A stretch of 64,000 bases of DNA from Eledone cirrhosa (lineage: Eukaryota), in NCBI GenBank assembly GCA_964016885.1, contig OZ024743.1, positions 238,638,001-238,702,000 on the forward strand, in the 5' to 3' direction. This document shows, piece by piece, positions 1-16,524 of the stretch. The notes beneath the pieces are model-generated. The model was not told where the DNA came from. It made no database searches and saw only the letters and a program-made list of their open reading frames with translations. The translations under genes and the position numbers were made by a program. The first letter of the stretch is position 1. Each line of letters opens with the position of its first letter.

Positions 1-179
1 ATCAGTGAAGTATATTTCTAAAGACTTGACATTTTATTTCATTGTTTTACCTTATAACATGACTCTATTTTCCTTTTAATGTTTTATTGTTTTCCGGGTT
101 TTATTTTAACCTATATTTTCAACATATGGATTACATTGAGTTCTTCATGCAGACTAGACCCCACAACTTACCGTGGATA

Positions 180-237
<58 letters not shown>

Positions 238-288
238 TGAGAATAAACGTGCTGCGGAGTTGCAAATGGGTTACATATGAATAAAGTG

Positions 289-390
289 GTCCTTCATCAG
301 TGATCTTCCAACCATCATCGGTATTTCTTCGCTTTAAAGACCATATACCTCCGGTTGGTGCGAGCAACGGCTAAAGAAGGTCGTTGGGAC
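289..390 (-). ncRNA. Permuted, pseudoknotted hammerhead-like RNA motif (family 1, intact copy)
   Basis: Minus strand reads GUCC-hairpin-UCGC-A-CCAACC-G-GA-GGUAU-A-UGGUCUU-UAAA-GCGA-A-GAA-AUACC-GAU-GA-U-GGUUGG-AAGAUCA-CUGAUGA-A-GGAC. Pairings match the family-2 motif at 35343-35443. Confidence 0.6.
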
Positions 391-928
391 ATGTAAATAA
401 AGGGAACCGCGAGAGTGTAAACAAACAAAGATGGTGAAGCAACGAAAAGTGAAGAAGATCGAGTCAAGTCCAAACATTTCCATGAATATAAGTTCGGTGA
501 AATCGTGAACGAGAGAGAATAAAGACCATCAAACCTGGTTGAAATGTGAGCAAGGAAGGAATTTCGCACAGGTCTAACGGGAGGAAGAAGGTGTCTAGTC
601 TGTGAATTCGGTAAACATAAGTTCTGTGAAATCGTAGACGATAGAGAGAAAAAAATGCCGACCGGCCTGGCCAAGCGTGCGAAAGAAATGAATTACGCAC
701 AGGTCAAACGGGAAGAAGGAGGAGGAGGAGAGGTAGTAACAGAGAGTGAGTGAGTGAAGGGTGAGGAAGAGGCTAACAGAGAGAGTGACTGTTAGAGAAG
801 GCAAAGATACAGAGAAAGAGGAAGCAATACGAACGAAATAGACGGGTCAAAGCGGGAGAAAAAAATATGTGTAAATATGAGAATAAACGTGCTGCGGAGT
901 TGCAAATGGGTTACATATGAATAAAGTG

Positions 929-1030
929 GTCCTTTATCAGTGATCTTCCAACCATCATCGGTATTTCTTCGCTTTAAAGACCATATACCTGCGGTTGGTG
1001 CGAGCAACGGCTAAAGAAATTCGTTGGGAC
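929..1030 (-). ncRNA. Decayed second copy of the permuted HHR-like motif
   Basis: Same as 289-390 but CUGAUGA is CUGAUAA and the k-turn GA is CA. Confidence 0.55.
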
Positions 1031-1033
1031 ATG

Positions 1034-1090
<57 letters not shown>

Positions 1091-1126
1091 ATACGTATAA
1101 ATGTATATACACATCTATCTATCTAC

Positions 1127-1361
1127 CCCTTCTCTGTGCTCCTGAGGAGAAGGGTTGCACACTTTTTTCGGGGGTGTGTGCGACCCCCCAAGGCGCCTCC
1201 TCTCTATTGAGGATTTTGTTAAAAATTTTATTTTTTGTTATATCTTATTTTATTTTTATATTTTGTTATTGCCTCCTCCTTATTGAGGACGCCTTTTTGT
1301 GTAAACTCCCCCCTTTGTACTTGTCCCACTTTTGATGCCCTAGTGGCAAATAAAAGAAACA

Positions 1362-1362
<1 letters not shown>
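1127..1362 (+). mobile_element. 3' UTR-only copy of the adjacent Tx1-like LINE
   Basis: Near-identical to 4373-4608; flanked by (TATC)n. Confidence 0.85.
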
Positions 1363-1405
<43 letters not shown>

Positions 1406-1406
1406 G

Positions 1407-4400
1407 GGTTAATCGGTCGATTTGACCTGGCCGATAGATATCGACTAGATTTTCCGACTGCGCCAACCTGGACTTGGGCAAATCGTAGCGGAACATCTAG
1501 GTCGTACCTAGATAGGTTCTTAGTTAGAATTAAGGATAAGGACTTTTTAAGTTGTCCAAAAATGCGCATGGTTGGCTATTCAGACCACAAATTAGTGACC
1601 TGCATGGTCAACCTTGACAGAACTCATAGACAGGGACCCGGTTACTGGAAGCTCAACTTGTCCTTACCGGCAAGTAAGGCTTACAGGAACCGGATTAGCA
1701 CTTTAGTTAAGGAGCGGTTGACGGGCGCCATCGTCAACAGCAGGTGGTGGGGATCTCTCAAAAGAGAGATTAGAGTAGTCTCTATAGAATTTAGTAAGGA
1801 GTTAGCCTCCAATAGAAATAGGAAGGAAAGGGAGTTGGTAGATAGTGTAGAAGAGGCAATTAGAAGCGGCGACGTGGCCAGAGTGCTAGCGTCGAGAACG
1901 GCTTTGAGCCAGTTTTTCGACGCGAAGCACGAAGGCTGCGTTGTCCGAAGTAAAATACGTGCTCTAGGGAACGAGGGGACCAAAGCTGTTAGCTGGGCCC
2001 GCGTGACAGAGACCAACAGTGGAACTAAATCCACCATCCGGTCTTTGCGAGACCTGGATGGACGGGCGATTCTTGAGCCTAAGCAGATGTGTGAGGCCTT
2101 TCAAAGGCACTTTGCCCGACTGTTCGGGAGGGGCGGGGAGCCGGTTGGGAACGTGGACTTCGGTCCATACCTCGACGGCCTGCCGCGCCTCTCGGACAGG
2201 GAGGCGAAGTCCTGCGAGGAGCCGATTTCGGCCGCTGAGATAGAGGACGTGCTGAGCCAATGCGGCAAACGCAAATCCCCGGGTCTCGATGGTCTTCCTT
2301 ACGAATTATATCTAGCTATGCCGGACTTGTTCCCCGATCTCCTCGAGGCGGTCTACTGCAACTGGCAACAGAACGGGAGAATTCCCTGTACTGTGACCAA
2401 GGGCGTAGTCACGCTAGTGAGGAAGGACGAGAACAAGGGGGGGAAATAAGTAACTTCAGGCCCATAACTCTGCTAAATACAGAGTTACAGATTTTGGCCA
2501 AGGTGCTAGCAAAGAGGTTGGCGCTTGTCGTGGGCAACCTGGTGGGAGATGCGCAGACATGCGCTATCCCGTCCAGGTCCATCCATGACAACCTCCACCT
2601 CATGCGATACATCATAGAGAGGGTTGGGAACAAACCCGGATTTGGTGGGGCTCTGAACAACTTGGATCAATCTAAGGCGTTCGATAGGGTCGACCATGGT
2701 TACCTGGATGCGGTGCTAGCGGCGGCAGGCTTCGGACTCGTTTTCAGGGGCTGTATCACTGCTATGCACAGCAGCCGCATCTGCTCTAGGGTCAAGGTGA
2801 ACGGCTACCTCTCGGAGCCGTTCAAAATCGCGCGGTCCATCCGACAAGGGTGCCCTCTCTCCTCCCTTCTGTATGTGTTGACTCTCGAGCCACTACTGCG
2901 GAAGTTGGAGTTGTTGCAGGGAATCCCTTTGGAACCGGGATTGCGGAAAGCGGTGTCGGCCTACGCCGATGACGTGACAGTAATGGTGTCGACGGCCTCC
3001 GAAATCGAGGCGGTCGGCACCTTACTGGAGGAGTACGAAAAGTTCACAGGGGCTAAGCTGAACCGGGACAAGTCGATCGGTTTGCAACTCGGCACGTGGA
3101 GGGGCAGACCGATGCCCTCCGATGGCGTCGTCGGACGCTGGACGGAGGGCCCGGTGAAGTTGCTCGGGGTCTGGTTCGGACCGGACCTCCAGGTGGAGAA
3201 AAACTGGGCGGAGGTTACAAACAGGGTGTTTGCACTGACCCAGAAGTGGGCCAGTTGCAAACTATCCCTGAAAGGTCGGGCGGAGGTGGCGAACACCTAC
3301 ATAGCGTCCGTCATCTACTACCGCCTGACCGTAGTGCCCTGCCCAAGGGAAACCCTCACCAAGATGGAGCGCGCGCTCTTCCTATTCCTTTGGAAGAGGC
3401 AGGCTCCTATGGTGAGGAGATCCATCTGCTGTCAACACCCTTCGAAAGGAGGGCTGGGGGTGCCGTGGCTAATGATGCGTAAACACGCATTAAGGCTACG
3501 GCACCTCTACGTATTCCTCACCGGACAACCGGTGTGGGCCTCGTTTGTGATACGAACCTTTCCCAGACTCGTCTCACTCACCGAGCTGCAATCCTGGGTC
3601 AAGCAAAGACCGAGAAAACTGGGCACCTGGCACACTGAGTGTGCCCAGGCGCTCACCGCCCTCTGGCAGGCGGATCCGGTTATCAGTGGAGACTCCACCG
3701 CAACATTCTATAGAGGGCTGGTGGTTAGCAGGTGCGACGACGCCCTCGGAGAAGCCCTAGGCATGGAGGAAGACGAACTGGCCAACCTTTTCGGTAGGAC
3801 ATTCAGCCCGTGACCTATGGACAACTTCCAGAAGTCCCTGGCCTGGCAGTGCTACCGAGGGGCTTTACCCGTTCGAGAAAGGCTCTACAGACACGGGCGC
3901 CCGGGTAGGGACCCCGCCAAAAAGATCTGTCCCAGATGCGTGTGCGACGAGGAAACCGTTGCACACGCATTGGTACACTGCTCGGGCGTAGCCGATCTGT
4001 GGGGCTATGTCGAACAACTGCTGTCAAGGGTGGGACCGATCCGGTTGACCACCGAGTCTATTGTAATGATCAAGCCGCCTCCCCCCTTCAAAGATGAAGC
4101 AGAGGCGGTGTTTCTGTGCGTAATAGCCATGGCGAAAGAGGTTGTATGGTGGACGCGTCTGAAAGGACTGAGGTCAGGCAGCTTTCTCTCTGGCCAACAA
4201 CTGGTCCGTTTCTTCCGATATCATTTCGGAAGAAGGATCAGGATGGAGAGAGAGGTGCTGCACCCCAGCCGTTTCTATGAAAGATGGGTGAAAGTGGCGA
4301 GAATGGCCCGTGTGAATGGGCCTTCACTCTACATCAGACTATAGGTGAGGAAGATGAAAGACCAAGGGAGCACCCCTTCTCTGTGCTCCTGAGGAGAAGG

Positions 4401-4607
4401 GTTGCACACTTTTTTCGGGGGTGTGTGCGACCCCCCAAGGCGCCTCCTCTCTATTGAGGATTTTGTTATAATTCTATTTTTTGTTATATCTTATTTTATT
4501 TTTATATTTTGTTATTGCCTCCTCCTTATTGAGGACGCCTTTTTGTGTAAACTCCCCCCTTTGTACTTGTCCCACTTTTGATGCCCTAGTGGCAAATAAA
4601 AGAAACA

Positions 4608-4608
<1 letters not shown>
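1407..4608 (+). mobile_element. 5'-truncated Tx1/L1-clade LINE (APE C-terminal half, RT, C-terminal Cys/His region), frameshifted
   Basis: Motifs SYLDRF, SDHKLV, KSPGLDG, FRPITLLN, DQSKAFDRV, QGCPLS, YADD, CPRC..ETVAHAL..C. Frameshift near 2445, stop at 3811-3813. Ends AATAAAAGAAAC then (ATCT)n. Confidence 0.92.
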
Positions 4609-4662
<54 letters not shown>

Positions 4663-4879
4663 TTATCTATCTCTCTCTCTATATAAATATGTCTATACAT
4701 ATATACATGCGAGTGTGTATGAATTTATTCCTCTCTCTGCTTCTCTATGTATGCAATACTTTCTTTTCTATCGGACTTCCACGTTGAGTGATTGTATTTC
4801 ATATTTGTAGTTGATATCGTTTGGTAAAAAACTGTTAGTTGTAGATTAAAATTATAAATAGAAGGCGAGCACACACACA

Positions 4880-7390
<2,511 letters not shown>

Positions 7391-7419
7391 GTTCTGTGTT
7401 CTATGTAACCAGGAACACT

Positions 7420-8050
7420 GCGATATTAGGTAAAGTATTCAATATATAAAGTTGACTTGATGTATTTATCTATTCGGACAATGAATGTATTAAACTATCA
7501 CAAATAAGTCATATTTATTAAAGATTATCTCGGAAATAATTCCACCCTGATATTTGTAATAGCCCCAACACAAGCCCTGTCTAGAATGCTATCCCATTCT
7601 TAGACATAAAGTTAGAAATTAAGAATAATAAATATAGCCCTCTTGTTTACTCAAAACACACACAGTTTTCTTCAGGCAGATAGATAATGAATGTCCCCAT
7701 ATACACAAAATATATGCAGAAAAAATTCCTCATTATACCTTGGTCCTGTAAAGAAGATTTAAATATGAACATTTCGCGTGTAAAACATACATTCTTAATA
7801 ATAAGCATCCCAATACATTAGCAAACCATGTCACTTAACAATAAAGGAGAAATTTTAGTCACGCTTATATAACCGAAGCAGCCCCAGAGAAAAATACACA
7901 AGCTATGTATTCCGCATACTACAAGAACCAAATGCTGCCAATTATAGAATGGATGAACACGTCATTAAATAACTCATAAAACAAAACACAAAAAAATCTT
8001 TGACCACTAAGTAATACTACAAAAACACAAAACAACTAAATGTCAACCCT
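7420..8050 (+). pseudogene. Degenerate Penelope-like RT fragment
   Basis: 7585-7662 translates NAIPFLDIKLEIKNNKYSPLVYSKHT, matching the PLE RT pattern PFLD..I....VY.K.T; many stops nearby. Confidence 0.55.
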
Positions 8051-8454
8051 TCTCTTCAGTATGAAACTACACACTTGCATATCACAGCATCTACTTCAGA
8101 TCACCAATGGTATATAGACATTTTGATGTAAACATGGAAAATTACATGAGAATTCGATCTGGTATTCTACCGTCAAAGTTTTTTTTCCACAACTATATGT
8201 CATCTGTTATATACTTTTGACTATGTAAAATTGTGTGTTTTTTCATCAAAGTATCCTTTTTTAATGTATTGATTAGATAATTAAAGATCGCATAGAAAGA
8301 GAAAAGTGAGTAGAAAGAATTGCAAAACATTTCATACTGCATTTTGTTCTAAGTGAATATTTTAAACGGTCATTTCAATTGAACTGTTTGAAAGTAATGA
8401 AAGTTTTATAATTGGTTGATTCAGGTTACGTATTTGCAAAGTCTGTGTACAGAT

Positions 8455-8877
8455 GGCGAGAGAGACAGTGAGGGAAAGAGAGAGAGAGAGTGGGAGAAAC
8501 GGTGAGGGAAAGAGAGCGAGTGAGAGATATAGTGAAAGAGTGAGAGTGATAGTGAGAGAGAGAGAGAGAGAGAGTGAGGCAGGGCGTGAGAGTGAGAGAG
8601 AGGAATGGAAAAAAGAAGAGAGAGAAAAGAGAATTAAAGAGAGAGAAAAGAGAATTAGAGAGAGAGAGAGTGAGGCAGGGCGTGAGAGTGAGAGAGAGGA
8701 ATGGAAAAAAAGAAGAGAGAGAAAAGAGAATTAAAGAGAGAGAAAAGAGAATTAGAGAGAGAGAGAGAAAGATAGATTAGAACAGATAAAGGGGAGAAAA
8801 AGGGTGAGAATAAAAGAAAGAGAGGCGGGTGGAGAGAGACTAGAGAAAGGGGATAGAGAAAAGAGAATTAGAGAAAA

Positions 8878-8924
<47 letters not shown>

Positions 8925-9000
8925 TGTGTGTTTATTCGACAGAGTTAGTTAGAGAGAGAAAAGGGGGATTGAGAGAGAGGCGAATTAAAGATAGGGAATT

Positions 9001-9034
<34 letters not shown>

Positions 9035-9090
9035 GAGAGTTTGAGAGAGTAAGAAGGAGAGAGTCTGAGAGAAAGAGAGAGTTAGAGATA
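8455..9090. repeat. (GA)n-rich tract with internal duplication
   Basis: GAGTGAGGCAGGGCGTGAGAGTGAGAGAGGAATGG occurs twice (~8572 and ~8668). Confidence 0.85.
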
Positions 9091-9439
9091 GTTAACGTTA
9101 AATGGTAAACCCATCTCACGACCAAAAGAAGAAACAACATATGTAAACATAACATGAAATATTCAATATCTACATAAAATGCTGTTTAAAGATGCTGTTT
9201 AAACATAGAGTAGGTTTGTTTAATATACTGTTTACTGGCTTCAATTTCATTGAAGTCCATATATATTGACATTTACGGCAGTTGTAATAAGTCATAACTA
9301 ATTAAAACTTTACCTAATATGTACCTATTAGTTTTCGCCAGCATTCAAACCAAAGCTTCTTTACGCCATTAATACATGTATGTATGTACATGTGCATATA
9401 CATATTTACACACACATGTGCATGTGTATGTATATACGC

Positions 9440-11070
9440 GGGGACATAGAAATAGTCGGGCTGGACACCCGATCGCGCGGTTAAACCACTGGGAGTGAAG
9501 GACCCATAGCCATTGTCAGGGCATACTTCTAGGAGAAAGCAACACAAGAAACTGGGATAACTCCGATATAAAACCTGCGGCTCAGTAGTTACCGATGATG
9601 TTGATATTTTCTTCTTTTCGGGTTATAGCTACTGTTGCTCAGAGAGTGGGATTGGTTCAGTGCGTAGTCTTTCCTCACTTTAAAAAATATCTTCACGCAC
9701 AGGCATTGCACGATAGAATTAATTAATTATTATTAATAATGTTATATTGTGTAATGGCCATACTCGATGACGAGGGGGCAGACATCATGTATGTATGTAT
9801 GTATGTATGTTTGTTTGTTTGTAGGTTTCTATGTATGTATGTCAGGTCACCAGTTGGTGCTACTGGTAACATGTATCCCAGTACAACCTGTCTCATGGTC
9901 GGGTCGTTGGCGACTAAACTGGCAACCCCACCAAGGTTTCTTGGTGAGGAGGGTGACTTCGGACATCCTGCAGGACTAAAAACAAAACCTGTCAAAGGGC
10001 AAAGGAACTCTTAAGAGTCAATGGCCATCCAAAATCACCGGGAAAGATGACTCCTTAGCCTTTCTCAAAGCAGAATTCTAGGAGAAGGAAAACTCTGATA
10101 TAACACCTGCAGCCCTGATGGTATCCAATGATGTTGACTTGTTCTTCTTTTTGGTAAATATCATCTTGGTTAAGAGAGTGGGTCTGGCTTTGTGCAATGC
10201 CTTTGCTCACTATAAAAGCTTCACAGCTTTATATCTGGAGATCTCTCTGCACTTGTCATCACATGGTAACATGGGCCCAGCACTATGTGTCAATAATTGT
10301 CACAAGTGTAGTGTTTGTACCAGAGTTTTCAAGTCGCTGGCTGGATTAAAAAGTCACACTCGTTCAGCGCATCGGTAGGAGTTTTCCTACATGGATATAA
10401 AGTAGTGGCCGTACTCGAAAACGAGTTGGCAGCCACCATGTTTGTATGTATGTATGTATGTATGTATGTATGTATGTATGTATGTATGTATGTATGTATG
10501 TATGTATGTATGTTTGTTTGTAGGTTTCTATGTATTTCTGTATGTATATATGTCTATATCAGGTCGCTCTTCAGCGCTTCTGGTAACATGTAATTCAGTA
10601 CAACCAGTGCATGGTCGGGTCGTCGGTGACTAAACCCTCAACCTCATCAAGGTTGGTGGGGAGAGTGATTTTGGACACCCTGCGAGATGAAAAACCAAAT
10701 CCGTCAAGGAGCGCAGGAACTCAGAAGAGTCAACTGATGTTTGTAATGTACGTGTGATGCGTAGTGCGGAATGTGAAACAGATCACAAGCTTCTGTGAGG
10801 AAAGTTTAAATTTCATATCCGCAAGAAGATCCGTATCAGTGGGTTCAAAATTCCGAATCGTATTGATGTTAGTAAACTGACACGGCTTGATAGTCTTGAA
10901 CCGGAGGAAACATGGAAAACATTTAAAGTGTAAGTTTTCTTTTCCATAGGGACATATATACTTGGATATAGTGTGAGAAACCATTAAGACTTGTTTGATA
11001 ATAACGATCCGCTGATCCTCTATAGAACTGGTAGAAAGCAGTGAGCGCCTAGCAACATTCCAGATTCCAG
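9440..11070 (+). mobile_element. Cluster of RTE-clade LINE fragments separated by (ATGT)n
   Basis: Repeated UTR-like blocks (9842-10020 vs 10560-10732). CHKCSVCTRVFKSLAGLKSHTRSAH zinc finger at ~10300-10378. APE C-terminal DVCNVRVMRSAECETDHKLL at ~10736-10795. Confidence 0.65.
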
Positions 11071-12040
11071 TCACGGTCTCTTCTTGACCAAGGAGTGCAG
11101 CTCAGTCAAAGAGACGAGCTTCAGAAAGGCCTGTGTCACAAACGGCAACCACACATGTTTAGACAGAATATCTAGAGATGCTGCAACCATAACGCACGTT
11201 TGCACATCATTAGCCACGGCATGCCCAACCCTCCACGTAGAGGGTGTTAGAAGCAGATGGAACACCTCAGCAACAGAACGTGTTAAAAAGGAATCGTTCC
11301 AATTAGGCGAGGCACGAACAGGGTCAAGGCACGTTGGTCAGGCGGTAGTAGATGACAGACGCGATATACGCGTTCACCACCCCGCCTGAACTGTCAGGAA
11401 CATCTTCCTCTCGGCCCACATCTGTCGGGGTGGGGGTGGCTACCCTGGTTCTAGCCTTGTTCCAATCTTTATTCTCCTGAAAGTTTTGTACGAACCAAAC
11501 CCCGAGCAACCTTAACGGTCCGTCGGTCCTGCATCCGACGACGCTGTTGGACGGCATGGGCATGCTTCTCCAGGAGCCAAGCTGCAAACCCACCAATTTT
11601 TACTTTCTTTGTTGTGCTCTGTGTTGTCTTCACCTGTTCCGTGATTGCTGATCTTTCTGTCGTTGCTCATGCTGTTAGTTTTGGTGTTGCTAATTTCATT
11701 TTTGCATGTTGTGTTTGTAATTAATTTTTATTTATGTGTCCATAATTGTGCTTGTGTCCCTCCCCTCAAGTCGTTATCCTGAGACGGCAGACTTAATGTT
11801 GGGGGGCGTGTCTCGTCCATCTTTTTTTTTTTTTTGAGGAAAATAAATTTTCAAAAGAAATAAAGTTCAAATATTTGGGTCCAAAGACCCAAACATTATG
11901 GGGTTGCCTTTTCACAGAGCAAAGACGGGTGTCATATGACCCCTTTGTCACAAATATACAACAATTTTTTTCAATGGAAAAACTTGAAAAACAGCCAACT
12001 CACACTGCTCACAAAAACACGTCTTCTCAGTCCGACAACC
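11070..12040 (-). mobile_element. Internally deleted, degenerate Tx1-like LINE
   Basis: VGLQLGSWRSMPMPSNSVVG and NAYIASVIYYRLT match the other Tx1 copies; joined at ~11597 to a 5'-UTR/ORF1-start-like segment. Confidence 0.75.
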
Positions 12041-12057
12041 AGTAATGATTATGATAA

Positions 12058-14710
12058 TAGTTTCTACATTATGCACAAGCCCTGTAATTTTAGGAGAGGG
12101 GAAAGTTGATTAAATCGACCCCAGTGCATTACTGGTACTTTATTTTATCGACCCTATAAGGGTGAAAGGCAAAGCTAACATTGGCGGGATTTGAACTCAG
12201 AATGTAAAGGGACATAACCATGCCGCGAAGCATGGTGTCCGATGCTCTACCGATACTGCCCCTCTATCGCCCAAATAATAATAATAATAATAATAATTGT
12301 TTCTACTTTAGGCACAAGGCTAGCAATTACCCAGTGCATTACTGGTGCTTTATTTTATCGACCTCGTAGGATGAAAGGCAAAGTTAACATCGGCGGGATT
12401 TGAACTCAGAACGTAAAGGGCCATAACTGTATGCTGAAAAGCACGGTGTCTGACGCTCTACCGATACCGCCATTCAAAATAATAATAATAATAGCCCCGT
12501 ACCCAGTGGGGGATGTATCTCTCATCTTGTTGATGCAGAGAAAATAGCAAATAAACAAGTAGGGAGGCTTAGCGTCATGTTTAATTTGGAGAAATGTGCG
12601 GCTTCTTGTTTTAGTTCTGCCTTTTACGATTGCCAGTTCACCACAAGACAGCATATAACTCGCCACAGTTTAATAACGAAAGTGGTTAATAATTAAAGTC
12701 AATAATTAAAACTATAATTTAATTAAACATTTAATCAGGTAAAATGCAATGGGTTGTACTTTTGCTGACTATTACGTGTTAATATTGTGGTTGGGATCTT
12801 GTCTAGCTTCTAACAACTCATCAATCCACAGTACACAGAAAATAATTGTTGCAGTTGTTGCTGTTATTGTTGTTGTTGTTGTTACTTTACTCCAGTTTAG
12901 GCATGATCGAACAGACGTATCATCAAATGCATTCTAACCATGGCAACCTCGTCAATTTTGTATATTAAGGTCTATATAGTTAAGGATTCCATAAGCATTT
13001 GTTTTGGTTGTTTAATTTATTGTTATTATTATGATGGTGATGGGCGGTGGATTGGCAGTATCGGTAGAGGGTCGGATGCCATGCTTTGACGCATATAGTT
13101 ACGGCCCTTGCCATTCTGAGTTCAAATCTCGCCGAGGTTAACTTTGCCTTTCATCCTTACGGGGTCGATAAAATAAAGTACCACTAATGCACTGGGTAAT
13201 TGCTGGCCTAGTGCCAAAAGTAGAAACAATTATTATGATGATGATGATGTGAAACTTCCTTTGGGTTCTACATCTTTCCCAAATCATATCGAGTGTCAAC
13301 CTGACACCTGAGGCAAACATTCGTAATACACATTTAACAATCAATTATTACACAAATGATGCTACAAGAGCACAAATATCAGTAAATGTCCTTACAAGTT
13401 TTTTAAATTGACAATGCTCTTCTCAGAACATGGGCAGTGCCATCCAGCACCATTTTCTGTATCTCTTGCAGCAATGGCTTTCCATGTACCCGGTCCAAAT
13501 ATTTGTTAGTACCCTTTTTTATCATTCCAAGTGCACCGACTATCCCTGGTATCACAACAACAAAGTACACCAACACAAAACGTCATGCTATTAAGAAGGG
13601 CCAACGAAAACCTAATTGTGGTCAATAAAGAAACAATTATTGTTATTACTTTGATTTCTCAGTCACTATTAATATTTTACCGGAAAATTTGTCCTAATGA
13701 ACATCAAGCCGCTACCTGCAGCCTCAGAAATTCAGGACGTATCGGTAGGTCCTTGCTATTCTCAGTAGGCATGTCTTGTTCTGTGTTCAAATCTTGTTGA
13801 GGTCAATTTGCCTTTCATTCTTCTGGAGTCGACAAAATATAGTACCAGACATGTAGTGTGATTAATATAATTCACTTTCCCTTCCCTCAAACCCCTGGCC
13901 TTGTGCTTAAATTAGAAAACCTTATTATCATTATTATTGATAATAATGGGTTCTTATTTAGGCACAAGACCAGCGATTTTTTTTTGGGGGGTGGGGGGTG
14001 GGGGAGTCGATGAAATTGACCCCAGTGCGTGACTGGTACTTTATTTTATCGACCCCGTATCATAAAGGGCCGTAACTCTATGCGGCAAAGCATGGCGTCC
14101 GACCCTCTACCGATACTGTCAATCCACCGTATAATAATAATAATGATGGTTTCTTATTTAGGCACAAGGCCAGCAATTTTGGTGGAGGGGGAAAGTCGAT
14201 TAAATCGACCCCAGAACGTAACTGGTACTTTATTTTATCAACCCCATAACGATTAAACGTAAAGTTAACCTCATAAAAATAGTTCTGAGTTCAAATCCCG
14301 CCGAAGTTATCTTTGCCTTTCATCATTACGGGGTCGATAAAATATAGAACCAGTCACGTACTGGTGTCGTTTTAATAGTCTTTTCCCGCCAAAATTGCTG
14401 GCCTTGTGCCTATATAAGAAACCATTATTTCAACAGCGGAGAAAAAGCTTCGCTGTATTTGTTCCGGTTCTTTAAGTTGTGTGTTCATATCTGAGCAAAA
14501 TCAAATTTGCCTTCCGTGGTTGATACTAGGGTTGATTTAATCGAATTCCTTTCCCCAAAATTGCTAGCCTTGTGGCTAAATTAGAACCTACGAGAGCTAT
14601 AGTTTGGTGTATTGGCAAATATCAGTGTAATTTCTACGACTGTTATTTGTTGTACGTTATCCTTTTTCATTGATGGTAATATTGTACCAGTTGTTATTCT
14701 ACTACTATTT

Positions 14711-14765
<55 letters not shown>

Positions 14766-15662
14766 CACCAGTAGTAGTTCTTCCTCTTTTTATTGTTACT
14801 TCTATCGTCTGGCACCACCGTTGTGTACGTTCAATAAATAATATAAACCAGTAGAAAAACTATACAACGAAACAAACAGAAAAACAACACAAAAAAACCA
14901 TTTTGTTATTGTAATTAACTTAAAGAACGATCCAGATATAAAAACAAATGATAAAAATACACATTAGAAGTAAATATTAACGAATAACAAATAAAATAAA
15001 ACTAAAGCAATAACAACAATAATATCAACAACAACAACAGCCCTAGCAAGAAAAAATGTATTTGTTTCCCAAGATCTAAATTATTTACAGTTTTCTCAAC
15101 GAATAACTGTTTATCTGGAAATGGGTGATCAGATGCTGGCCAATATAAATGCATTTGGTAAACATCTGTCTTGTAAAATGGCTATGCTCATAACTTCTCG
15201 TACAACAAGCTTATGGTTGTTGCTTGGCTATGATTGTTGTTTTTGTAATCGTTTTGTCATTGCTGCTGTTGTTATTAATGTTACTGTAGCAATTGGTGTT
15301 CTACGATTTGTTATTATTGTTACTGTTGTTGTTGCTCTTGCTGTTGATGCTTTTGCTGCTGCTTGTTGCTATTGTTTTTATTGTAGTTCTTGTCGCTACT
15401 TTTACTATTGTTCTTGTTGTTCATGTTGAGGCGTTTAAAAAGACATCTTTCATTTCGTTGTTTTTTATTTTCTTTCATTATATTTGGCAGTATCGGTAGA
15501 GAGTTAGACGCCATGCTTTCTAGCATAGTTACATCCCTTTACGGTCTGAGTTCAAATCCCACCAAGGTTAACTTTGCCTTTCATCCTTACGGGGTCGATA
15601 AAATAAAGTACCAGTAATGTACTGGGTAATTGGTGACCTTGTGCCAAAAGTAGAAACAATTA
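12058..15662. mobile_element. Cluster of about nine tRNA-derived SINE copies or fragments, both orientations (octopus-type)
   Basis: Pol III A box TGGCAGTATCGG, B box GAGTTCAAATCC, core TTAACTTTGCCTTTCATCCTTACGGGGTCGATAAAATAAAGTACCAGT, tail CCTTGTGCC..AGAAAC/T(ATT)n. Examples: 12058-12273(-), 12297-12472(-), 13040-13232(+), 15483-15662(+). Confidence 0.9.
13250..13780 (-). mobile_element. R4/Dong-clade LINE 3' fragments
   Basis: Minus strand encodes VGALGMIKK..KYLDRVHGKPLLQEIQKMVLDGTAH; 13700-13775 resembles the 3' end at 48475-48550. Confidence 0.7.
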
Positions 15663-15877
15663 TATATTGTATTTTGTATGTTTAACTTTTTCATTTTTTC
15701 AATGTATATACTTTTGCTTTTATATTGGATGGTGTGCCTAATGTTGTTGGTCTTTGTTGCCTTCTTCCTTACATTCTGTGCAGTTTTATCCTCACATTTT
15801 CAAGTGTTCATATGTTCCTCAATTCATGTTTACATATGTTCTTCACTAGTAGCTCTTTCAACTAAAATCTCAAGCAC

Positions 15878-15947
<70 letters not shown>

Positions 15948-16275
15948 TTAAACTCAAATAGTCTTTTACAATTAAATAGCTCAAAGAAAGGAATATTTCT
16001 GAGCCGTGTAATACAAATGAATATATGATAGGGATAAACACGGATACAAGTATACATGTGTTCGCATTGCATATGACCAAGTTAGCTAGATTGAAAAATA
16101 CTAATTAAAATAATACGGTTTGCCTGTCTCGATTTAAAATAATAAATCAATAAAAACAAACCTATATTGGCAATAGCCGTGATACCTGGACAAATTTTTA
16201 ATTTTAAATTTCAAATTTGTTTCGCAACAATTAAGTGAAAATTCCTATTCCTGTGCTCTATAATAATCGTATATG

Positions 16276-16343
<68 letters not shown>

Positions 16344-16399
16344 TTAGAACATTTACGATTATTTTTCGACCAACGTGTATAATATATTATGTATATATG

Positions 16400-16434
<35 letters not shown>

Positions 16435-16449
16435 CCATACACGCACACA

Positions 16450-16524
<75 letters not shown>

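Larger units (their letters stand above)
232..1039 (-). mobile_element. Non-coding (TA)n-flanked element with ~165-bp direct terminal repeats (retrozyme/non-autonomous PLE-like)
   Basis: 232-398 recurs at 872-1038 (offset 640). No credible ORF inside. (TA)n on both sides. Each repeat holds the permuted HHR-like motif. Confidence 0.75.

Noticed and set aside
13040-13232. tRNA genes at A/B-box sites
   Set aside because: The boxes belong to SINE heads; no cloverleaf.
15085-15165. Ig-like DAGQYKC peptide after an acceptor-like TTTACAG
   Set aside because: In-frame stops lie immediately on both sides.
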